Below, piece after piece: positions 9,966 through 19,720 of a DNA stretch of 64,000 nt; position 1 is the first letter of the stretch, and every line of letters begins with the position of its first letter. The position numbers and the translations under genes are program-made. The DNA is from Eledone cirrhosa (lineage: Eukaryota), in the NCBI GenBank assembly GCA_964016885.1, contig OZ024742.1, positions 361,894,001 through 361,958,000 of the forward strand, read 5' to 3'. Below the pieces are notes generated by a model that had not been told where the DNA came from, ran no database searches, and saw only the letters and a list, made by a program, of their open reading frames with translations.

Positions 9966-10062
9966 AGATGCGCCTGCGCCATATATGCAATATATAGTTC
10001 AGAATATAAATATCAAGAAAACAGTCTCGTTAGTTTCTCGCTTGTTGAAAAAATAAAACAAT

Positions 10063-10099
10063 GTTTCAACGTATCAGGCTTGAGCCTTTCATCAGAAAC
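10063..10099 (-). ncRNA. Degenerate minimal hammerhead-like motif (probable PLE relic)
   Basis: Minus strand gttt-CTGATGA-a-aggc-tcaa-gcct-GATAC-GTTG-aaac: intact first core box and helix II, but GAAA is changed to GATA and the cleavage triplet is non-canonical. Confidence 0.4.
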
Positions 10100-11254
10100 G
10101 AGTAACTTTGGTAGAAAAAGGAGGCTGGAAGGTTGGAGAAAAAGTATTTTAGGATGGATGAGGAGAGTAGTGAAGGGGTCCGGCATGTAGTGGCAGAAGA
10201 GATTACATCTGGTAGTGTTATGCGTGCGCAGATATAGTGTATTTCGTGACTGTGTCATTGTTTTGTGAGTGTTCTGCGTATCGTTCATGGAAGTGTGTGT
10301 ATATACGTACTTATATATGTGTGTGTGAAAGTTTGTATGTTAATAAATGGGTGTGTGTTTGCGGGTGTGATTATGTTGTTATTAGTGTGTATAAATGAGT
10401 GTGTTTATGCATGTGTACATATGATTGTATGTCTGTTTGTATCTGTGTATAGTTTAGTTAGTTGGATGCGAATAATATGTGATTATAAAAGAGAGAGATA
10501 TATCCATAGCCAAAGATTTGGATGGGAAGAAGTGACTATGTGTAGGTAAACCCTGAGTTACTTGGCTTCTAGCTAGCTGGTTATGCAGCTAAGGGTATCA
10601 TTTCTTCATTATCATGCATTTAAGTTCAACCTTCTTATACGCAAAAATAATATTATTCCATAAAACCACATTTCTTCTCACTAATACCTCTACTTGCATT
10701 TCTCCTTTTTTTTTCGGACTTTTCTATATACTTTTGCCTCCAACTCCCTCTAGAAAAACACAAGAAAACATCCATCAGATGTTAAACTCTGTTGTGTTGC
10801 CAAAATCCTGACATCTGTTAATCTCCCTAAACACAAAGGGAAACAACGTAATAGTCACAGTAACAGAAGACTACCGAGTCGTTAGTTACAAGGCCATCGC
10901 TTTTAAAAGGCACTCTAATGTCCCCAAACAGCCATGCTCTTAGAATATGCTCAACGTCAGGTCACATGCCTTTTATGACGCTTTCGTCTTGAGCATGTGG
11001 TGATGCTTCTTGCCATCTCATCTTTCTTAAAACACAACGGTAGACTACAGGATTTCGGAAGCTGCTGCCAGCTCTACGGATGGGATGGTTACATCAGCCT
11101 CTGTTGATTAATTTCCTCTGTATCTACCATACAAATTTCAACAAGTTCTGCCGTGTTCTGTTGATGCGAAACACCAATTGTTAGATTGTTGCGAATGTTT
11201 TTCCTTTCACTGTTATTATTTTTGTTGATTTTTAGTATAATTCATTTTGCTCTA

Positions 11255-14200
11255 ATGGTGTCAGTGTTGCTGTAGTGGTTGCAGTGTAGCTGTAGTGGTG
11301 TCAGTGTTGTTGCAGTGGTGTCAGTGTTGTTGTAGTGGTGTCAGTGTTTTTGCAGTAGTGTCAGTGTTGTTGTAGTGGTGTCAGTGTAGCTGTAGTGGTG
11401 TCAGTGTTGTAGCGGTATCAGTGTTGATGTAGTGGTGTCAGTGTTGTTGTAGTGGTGTCAGTGTTGTTGAAGTGGTGTCAGTGTTGTAGTGGTGTCAGTG
11501 TTGTTGTAGTGGTGTCAGTGTTGCTGTAGTGGGGTCAGTTGTAGTGGTGTCAGTGTTGTAGTGGTGTCAGTGTTGTTGTAGTGGTGGCAGTGTTGTTGTA
11601 GTGGTGGTAGTGTAGCTGTAGTGGAGTCAGTGTAGCTGTAGTGGTGTCAGTTTTGTTGTAGTGGTGTCAGTGTTGTAGTGGTGTCAGTGTTGCTGTAGTG
11701 GTGTCAGTGTTGTTGTAGTGGTAGTAGTGTTGTTGTAGTGGTGTTGATGTTGCTGTAGTGGTGTCAGTTGTAGTGGTGTCAGTGTTTGTTGTAGCGGTAG
11801 CAGTATTGTTGCAGTGGTGGCAGTGTAGCTGTAGTGGTGTCAGTGTTGCAGTAGTGGTGTCAGTGTTGTTGTAGTGGTGTTGGTGTTGCAGTAGTGGTGT
11901 CAGTGTTGTTGTAGTGGTGTCAGTGTTGTAGTAGTGGTGGCAGTGTAGCTGTAGTGGTGTCAGTGTTGTTGTAGTCGTGTCAGTATAGCTGTAGTGTTGG
12001 CAGTGTTGTTGCAGTGGTGGCAGTGTAGCTGTAGTGGTGTCAGTGTTGTTGTAGTCGTGTCAGTGTAGCTATAGTGGTGTCAGTGTTGTTGTTGTCGTGT
12101 CAGTGTTGTTGTAGTGGTGTCAGTGTTGTAGTGGTGTCAGTGTTGCTGTAGTGGTGGCAGTGTAGCTGTAGTGGTGTCAGTGTTGTAGTAGTGGTGTCAG
12201 TGTTGTTGTAGTGGTGGCAGTGTAGCTGTAGAGGTGGCAGTGTTGTTGCAGTGGTGTCAGTGTTGTTGTATTGGGGGAAGTTTAGCTGTAGTGGTGTCAG
12301 TGTTGTTGTAGTGGTGGCAGTGTAGCTGTAGTGGTGGCAGTGTTGTTGCAGTGGTGTCGGTGTTGTTGTAGTGGTGGCGGTGTAGCTGTAGTGGTGTCAG
12401 TGTTGTTGTAGTCGTGTCAGTGTAGCTGTTGTGGTAGCAGTGAAGCTGTAGTGGTGTCAGTGTTGTTGCAGAGGTGTCAGTGTTGCTGTTGGTGGTGTCA
12501 GTTTTGTTGTAGTGGTCGCAGTGTAGGTGTAGTGGTGGCAGTGTTGTTGTAGTGGTGTTGGTGTTGCTGTAGTGGTGTCAGTGTTGTTGTAGTGGTGTTG
12601 GTGTTGCTGTAGTGGTGTCAGTTGTAGTGGTGTCAGTGTTGTTGTAGCGGTAGCAGTATTGTTGTAGTGGTGTCAGTGTAGTTGTAGTGGTGTCAGTGTT
12701 GCAGTATGGTGTCAGTGTAGCTGTAGTGGTGTCAGTGTTGTTACAGTGGTGTCAGTGTTGTTGTAGTCATGTCAGTGTAGCTGTAGTGGTGGCAGTGTTG
12801 TTACAGTGGTGTCGGTGTTGCTGTAGTGGTGTCAGTGTTGTTGTAGTCATGTCAGTGTAGCTGTAGTGGTGGCAGTGTTGATGTAGTCGTGTCAGTGTAG
12901 CTGTAGTGGTGGCAGTGTTGTTGTAGTCGTGTCAGTGTAGCTGTAGTGGTGTCAGTGTAGCTGTAGTGTTGGCAGTGTTGTTGCAGTGGTGGCAGTGTAG
13001 CTGTAGTAGTGTCAGTGTTGTTGTAGTCGTGTCAGTGTAGCTGTCGTGGTGTCAGTGTTGTTGTAGTCGTGTCAGTGTTGTTGTAGTCGTGTCAGTGTTG
13101 TAGTGGTGGCAGTGTTGCTGTAGTGGTGGCAGTGTAGCTGTAGTGATGTCAGTATTGTAGTAGTGGTGTCAGTGTTGTTGTAGTGGTGGCAGTGTAGCTG
13201 TAGAGGTGGCAGTGTTGTTGCAGTGGTGTCAGTGTTGTTGTAGTGGGGGCAGTGTAGCTGTAGTGGTGTCAGTGTTGTTGTAGTCGTGTCAGTGTAGCTG
13301 TAGTGGTGTCAGTGTTGTTGTAGTCGTGTCAGTGTAGCTGTAGTGTTGGCAGTATTGTTGTAGTGGTGGCAGTGTAGCTGTAGTGGTGTCAATGTTGCAG
13401 TATGGTGTCAGTGTAGCTGTAGTGGTGTCAGTGTTGTTACAGTGGTGTCAGTGTTGTTGTAGTCATGTCAGTGTAGCTGTAGTGGTGGCAGTGTTGTTAC
13501 AGTGGTGTCGGTGTTGCTGTAGTGGTGTCAGTGTTGTTGTAGTCATGTCAGTGTAGCTGTAGTGGTGGCAGTGTTGATGTAGTCGTGTCAGTGTAGCTGT
13601 AGTGGTGTCAGTGTTGTTGTAGTCGTGTCAGTGTAGCTGTAGTGGTGTCAGTGTAGCTGTAGTGTTGGCAGTGTTGTTGCAGTGGTGGCAGTGTAGCTGT
13701 AGTAGTGTCAGTGTTGTTGTAGTCGTGTCAGTGTAGCTGTAGTGGTGTCAGTGTTGTTGTAGTCGTGTCAGCGTAGCTGTAGTGTTGGCAGTGTTGTTGC
13801 AGTGGTGGCAGTGTAGCTGTAGTGGTGGCAGTGTTGTTGCAGTTGTGTCAGTGTTGTTGTAGTAGTGTTGGTGTAGCTATAGTGTTGTTGTAGTGGTGTT
13901 GTCAGTGTTGTAGTAGTGGTGGCAGTGTAGCTGTAGTGGTGTCAGTGTTGTTGTAGTCGTGTCAGTGTAGCTGTAGTGTTGGCAGTGTTGTTGCAGTGGT
14001 GGCAGTGTAGCTGTAGTGGTGTCAGTGTTGTTGTAGTTGTGTCAGTGTAGCTATAGTGGTGTCAGTGTTGTTGTAGTCGTGTCAGTGTTGTTGTAGTCGT
14101 GTCAGTGTTGTAGTGGTGGCAGTGTTGCTGTAGTGGTGGCAGTGTAGCTGTAGTGATGTCAGTATTGTAGTAGTGGTGTCAGTGTTGTTGTAGTGGTGGC

Positions 14201-16165
14201 AGTGTAGCTGTAGAGGTGGCAGTGTTGTTGCAGTGGTGTCAGTGTTGTTGTAGTGGGGGCAGTGTAGCTGTAGTGGTGTCAGTGTTGTTGTAGTGGTGGC
14301 AGTGTAGCTGTAGTGGTGGCAGTGTTGTTGTAGTGCTGGCAATGTAGCTGTAGTGGTGTCAGTGTTGTTGCAGTGGTGTCGGTGTTGTTGTAGTGGTGGC
14401 GGTGTAGCTGTAGTGGTGTCAGTGTTGTTGTAGTCGTGTCAGTGTAGCTGTAGTGGTGGCAGTGTAGCTGTAGTGTTGTCAGTGTAGCTGTAGTGTTGTC
14501 AGTGTTGTTGCAGAGGTGTCAGTGTTGCTGTTGGTGGTGTCAGTGTTGTTGTAGTGGTGGCAGTGTAGCTGTAGTGGTGGCAGTGTTGTTGTAGTGGTGT
14601 TGGTGTTGCTGTAGTGGTGTCAGTTGTAGTGGTGTCAGTGTTGTTGTAGCGGTAGCAGTATTGTTGTAGTGGTGGCAGTGTAGCTGTAGTGGTGTCAGTG
14701 TTGCAGTATGGTGTCAGTGTTGTTGTAGTAGTGTTGGTGTAGCTATAGTGTTGTTGTAGTGGTGTTGGTGTTGCAGTAGTGGTGTCAGTGTTGTAGTAGT
14801 GGTGGCAATGTAGCTGTAGTGGTGTCAGTGTTGTTGTAGTCGTGTCAGTGTAGCTGTAGTGTTGGCAGTGTTGTTGCAGTGGTGGCAGTGTAGCTGTAGT
14901 GGTGTCAGTGTTGTTGTAGTCGTGTCAGTGTAGCTGTAGTGTTGGCAGTGCTGTTGCAGTGGTGGCAGTGTAGCTGTAGTGGTGTCAGTGTTGTTGTAGT
15001 TGTGTCAGTGTAGCTGTAGTGGTGTCAGTGTTGTTGTAGTCGTGTCAGTGTTGTTGTAGTGGTGGCAGTGTTGCAGTGGTGGCAGTGTTGCTGTAGTGGT
15101 GGCAGTGTAGATGTAGTGGTGTCAGTGTTGTTGTAGTTGTGTCAGTGTAGCTGTAGTGGTGGCAGTGTTGTTGTAGTGCTGGAAATGTAGCTGTAGTGGT
15201 GTCAGTGTTGTTGCAGTGGTGTCGGTGTTGTTGTAGTGGTGGCAGTGTATCTGTAGTGGTGTCAGTGTTGTTGTAGTCGTGTCAGTGTAGCTGTAGAGAT
15301 GGCAGTGTTGTTGCAGTGGTGTCAGTGTTGTTGTAGTCGTGTCAGTGTAGCTGTAGTGGTGTCAGTGTTGTTGTAGTCGTGTCAGTGTAGCTGTAGTGGT
15401 GTCAGTGTTGTTGTAGTCATGTCAGTGTTGTTGTTGTGGTGTCAGTGTTGTAGTGGTGGCAGTGTTGCTGTAGTGGTGGCAGTGTAGCTGTAGTGGTGTC
15501 AGTGTTGTTGTAGTGGTCTCAGTGTTGTTGTAGTCGTGTCAGTGTAGCTGTAGTGGTGGCAGTGTAGCTGTAGTGGTGGCAGTGTTGTTGCAGTGGTGTC
15601 AGTGTTGCTGTTGGTGGTGTCATTGTTGTTGCAGTGGTGTCAGTGTTGCTATAGTGGTGTCAGTTGTAGTGGTATCAGTGTTGTTGTAGTCGTGTCAGTG
15701 TAGCTGTAGTGGTGTCAGTGTTGTTGTAGTCGTGTCAGTGTAGCTGTAGTGGTGGCAGTGTAGCTGTAGAGGTGGCAGTGTTGTTGCAGTTGTGTCAGTG
15801 TTGCTGTAGTGGTGTCAGTTGTAGTGGTGTCAGTGTTGTTGACGTCGTGTCTGTGTAGCTGTAGTGGTGTCAGTGTTGCAGTAGTGGTGTAAGTGTTGTT
15901 GTAGTGGTGGCAGTGTAGCTGTAGAGGTGGCAGTGTTGTTGCAGTGGTGTCAGTGTTGTTGTAGTCGTGTCAGTGTAGCTGTAGTGGTGTCAGTGTTGTT
16001 GTAGTCGTGTCAGTGTAGCTGTAGTGGTGGCAGTGTAGTTGCAGTGGTGTCAGTGTTGCTGTTGGTGGCGTCATTGTTGTTGTAGTGGCGTCATTGTTGT
16101 TGTAGTGGTGTCATTGTTGTTGTAGTGGTGTCATTGTTGTTGTAGTGGTGTCAGTGTTGTTGTTG
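11255..16165 (+). repeat. GT-rich 20-bp minisatellite array, about 4.9 kb
   Basis: Unit gtagtggtgtcagtgttgtt alternates with variant gtagtggtggcagtgtagct (often a 40-bp dimer). There are 17-bp and 15-bp deletion variants and strong G/T strand bias. Confidence 0.97.
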
Positions 16166-16574
16166 CTGGTGGTCCTAGTGCCGGCGTCAGTACTGCTTTC
16201 ATTGTCTTTTTTCAAAGTGGTGTTAGTGCTGATATTGTCGTTTGCACTGGATTAACTATGAGCTGACCTTTCAGATAACGTTGCCTATTCCACTTCGTAG
16301 ACAGCCGGCTTTCCTTCTCCGAGGATGAAATTTGTTTTTATGCATTTCTACCAGAATTTAGGGGGTGGGGGTGGGGTGTTCAATAACACGCAAACATAGC
16401 CCTTAAGAGCTGAAGATAGAGGATCTCCGTCGGTTTAACCACGCAACAAAACAAAAGTTGCCACAAAAATCATTTTAAAGACACGTAAATTGATGACAAA
16501 CTCACGAACAAATGTATACAAATCATTCGCTTCAGCGACAACAACAACAATAGTAATAACAACAATAATAATAA

Positions 16575-16735
16575 TTGTTTCTACTTTTGGCACAAGGCCA
16601 GCAATTAACCCAGTGCATTACTGGTACTTTATTTTATCGACCCATAAGGGTGAAAGGCAAAGTTAAACTCAGATCAGAAAGGAGCGTAACTCTGTGCTGC
16701 AAAGCCTGTTGTCCGACCCTCTACCGATACTGCGA
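16575..16735 (-). mobile_element. tRNA-derived SINE, degenerate copy with B-box region deleted
   Basis: Aligns to 16752-16936 but lacks cctcggcgggatttgaa. An (AAT/AAC)n tail lies at about 16540-16575. Confidence 0.88.
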
Positions 16736-16751
16736 GACCAATAACAATAAT

Positions 16752-16936
16752 TGTTTCTACTTTAGGCACAAGGCCAGCAATTACCCAGTGCATTACTGGT
16801 ACTTTATTTTATCGACCCCGTAAGGATGAAAGGCAAAGTCAACCTCGGCGGGATTTGAACTCAGATCGTAAAGGGACGTAACTATGCTGGAAAGCATGGC
16901 GTCCGACCCTCTACCGATACTGCCAATCCACCGACC
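16752..16936 (-). mobile_element. tRNA-derived SINE, full length (about 185 bp)
   Basis: A box TGGCAGTATCGG (16925-16914), B box GTTCAAATCC (16860-16851), core gcctttcatccttacggggtcgataaaataaagtaccag, 3' end agtagaaacaat. A 16-bp direct repeat gaccaataacaataat lies at 16736-16751 and 16933-16948. Confidence 0.92.
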
Positions 16937-17107
16937 AATAACAATAATAGCAAGCAAATGAACAAATAAATATATAAATGGAAGTGTATCATTATTTTTT
17001 AATATTTACAAAACATTTAAATTACAGTTGATAAATTGATTTTTGAAAATACCGAAAATTTATTATCATATTAATGTAGTCTAGCGTAAATAAATATATA
17101 ATTTCTT

Positions 17108-17687
17108 CACATACACACACATACATACACATACATTCACACACACGCGTGCATACACACATACAAACACATACACACACAAATACAATCATATATACAC
17201 ACTCTCGCGCTCACACACATATTTTCCTCCCGTCACATCGCAGAGGCTGCTACACACAAATACAAACGCGCACATACACACTCACCCCCCATGCACACAA
17301 TTATATCACACATTTCTCTACTTACCTTTACTGATGCTGACACATGAATACTCACACACACACAAGCACACATACACACGAACAACACTCAAACATAGAA
17401 ATCTTCAAACACACATATGCACATATGTACATGCATGTCATACACTCTCTTAAACACACACACACACATTCACAAACTCATACCACACTTTCTCACATGC
17501 TGACACACGCACAAATATACACATATACACCCACTATATTACTTGATATCCGTTTCTAATATTTTATCTAAATAAAACGCAATTGATGAATATTGTAAGA
17601 TTAAACAGTAGTTATTCAAAGTGAAAACACGCGCACACACTGAGCTACTCTCATACACACTAACACACACATATTTCAATATAAAAA

Positions 17688-17733
<46 letters not shown>

Positions 17734-17883
17734 TTTCAATATAACTAAACTGGAATTAATGAATATTAAAAGACTAAACGTGGTTTTTTAAGAAAAGATC
17801 ACACAAACACACATACACGTACATACGTATATATACAAGCACACAGACGTAGACACATATATACTCACATACACACACACACA
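17108..17883. repeat. Degenerate (CA)n-rich low-complexity region with a (TA)n run at 17690-17729
   Basis: Seen directly. Confidence 0.85.
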
Positions 17884-18206
17884 AATATATTTAGTAGTTA
17901 GAATATGTCACAGTTAAGTTAAACATGTATATGAATAACACCAGATTAAAGAATTTATAGGTATTAACGTATATCTGTCTTTTAGTAAGTAGTTTCCATC
18001 ATATCTCTCCACCAACGAATGTGAGAAAGCTCTCCAGGAATCTTTAAAAATCTCCCCACCGAAATTAACAAAGAACTTACTAGATCTACCAACTCATAAT
18101 ATTACATATAAAATCAAATCAAATTGTTTAAAACTACAAGTGAAGTCGTTCTTTTCCTTTTTTTCAAATATACCTAACTCTACCAAGGAGATATATATAT
18201 ATATAT

Positions 18207-19440
18207 CATCATCATCATCATCATCAAGGTTTAGCGTCCGTGTTTCACGCTTGCATGGGTTTGGACGGGGGTTTTCCCACTTGAGGCAAGAGTGGTTGTC
18301 TTGCTCGCATAGGACTGTCTGGCGGGTTTTCTACAGCTGGATGCCCTTCCTAACACCAACCACATTTACAGTGTGGGGCTGGGAGGTTTTTACCGTGTTG
18401 CCTACACGGCCACATTTACAGCGTGGACTGTGTGTTTTTTTGTTGTGACACCTACACGATCACATTTGTTTTGCCTGGATGTTGTGGCACAAACATAACT
18501 TTACATTGAAAGGGGCGGTGTGGATGGGGTGGGGGTGGTGGGACAGGGGTGTGTTTTGATAGAGATGCCTACTGACTGTAGTAGGTTTTTACTTTGTATT
18601 TAGGTCAGGCGGGTCTTCTCTATTACTGAGTACCGCCAAAGGTCTCGGTCCAGTGACATTGTCTTGGAGAGGTGTAAGTGTGTGAGGTCGGAATTTATCA
18701 TGTCGTCCCAGGTTTTTCTGGGTCTGTCTACTCCGTGGCTACCGTCTATCTTTATTGCCCTGCACTTTGTTATACGACTGTCGTCTTTCATGCGCATCAC
18801 GTGACCGTACCAACGTAGCCTTCTCTCGAGTAAACAACATCTGATCCCTCTTATTTCTAATTTTTTCCTTAGTTCGTTTATGCTTAGCCGTTCATGTATA
18901 TTACTATTGCACATCCAGCTGAGCATGCAAGCTTCGTTCCTCTCTAGTCTGCATATATCCTCTGCACATAATGCCCAGGTCTCACTGCCATGCAGCATTG
19001 CTGTTCGTATGCAGGCATCGTATAACCTGCCTTTCATTTTTAGGGAGAACCCTCTAGCGGCTAATAGTGGTATAAGCTCTCTGAACTTTTTCCATCCAGT
19101 TCTGACTCTAGCTACTGTACTTTTAGAGCACCCTCCCGCACTGCTGATTTTGTCACCCAGGTAACGGAAGCTGTCCACTATTTCTATAGAACCCTCTGCG
19201 CAATTGAAAGAGCTAGTATTTTGTGGGCACTTGCTGCTACTTATTGCACCAGAGCACCGGCCACATGTAAAATCTATGTTCTTAGTTAGCTTACCTGTGA
19301 TCCCACTACATCTTTTATGCACCCATACTTTGCATTTGGGACATAAAATGGAGTTTCTACCTACGCCTTTCCTACACACTGAGCATGGCCATTTCCCGGA
19401 AGGGACCGCCGCCTTATTTTCTTTCCTACAAACTATGAGG
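18207..19440 (-). mobile_element. RTE-clade LINE 3' fragment (family 1), 5'-truncated
   Basis: (TGA)n tail at 18207-18226; 3' UTR with tggtgttaggaagggcatccagctgtagaaa; open C-terminal frame 19439-18600 homologous to the C-terminus of the 1039-aa ORF. Confidence 0.92.
18600..19439 (-). pseudogene. C-terminal part of an RTE ORF (PHD finger plus RT thumb / C-terminal domain), open but 5'-truncated
   Basis: GKWPCSVCRKGVGRNSILCPKCKVWVHKRC...FTCGRC, FRYLGD, MLHGSETW, RRLRWYGHVMRM, RPRKTWDD. Confidence 0.9.
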
Positions 19441-19606
19441 TTGGTGTTAGGAAGGGCATCCAGCTGTAGAAATCAAGCCAGATCAGTTACAGTATGAGCA
19501 AGGCATGGTCAGCCAACCAGACACTGCCCACAACAGGACAACCCATCTAACCCATGCTAGCGTGGAAGAACGGACGTAGAACGGTTATGATGTTGATGAT
19601 GATGAT
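19435..19606 (+). mobile_element. RTE LINE 3' terminus (family 2, same family as the intact element), in opposite orientation
   Basis: Reverse complement of about 59181-59350, with about 5 substitutions in the 150 nt before the tail. Ends in (GAT)n. Confidence 0.93.
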
Positions 19607-19720
19607 ATAACATTGATGTTCCTTGTGTTGCAGGATTTTATATTGAATTCCTGCATATTAGTATTGTGTCATCTCAAATAAGTTAACCAGTAATATTTGT
19701 GGTTTCTAAGTGTTGAATCC

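Noticed and set aside
9312-10549. ORFs rich in H/T/Y or C/V/M, and similar ones at 17149-17739
   Set aside because: These are translations of CA/TG and GA microsatellites.
11255-16165. Mucin-like Thr-rich CDS (ORF 14082-14342) or telomeric repeat
   Set aside because: The 20-bp unit is non-triplet and cycles through TGA stops, and there are no TTAGGG-type repeats.
16752-16936. tRNA gene (A and B boxes), also at 62921-63102
   Set aside because: No cloverleaf is evident, the box spacing is extended, and the sequence continues into a repeated core present four times in the window, so it is a SINE.
19615-19690. Plus-strand splice acceptor ttccttgtgttgcag|G and a tgcagga/tcctgca hairpin just before the array
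   Set aside because: All frames close within about 18 codons, and there is no convincing donor or partner exon.
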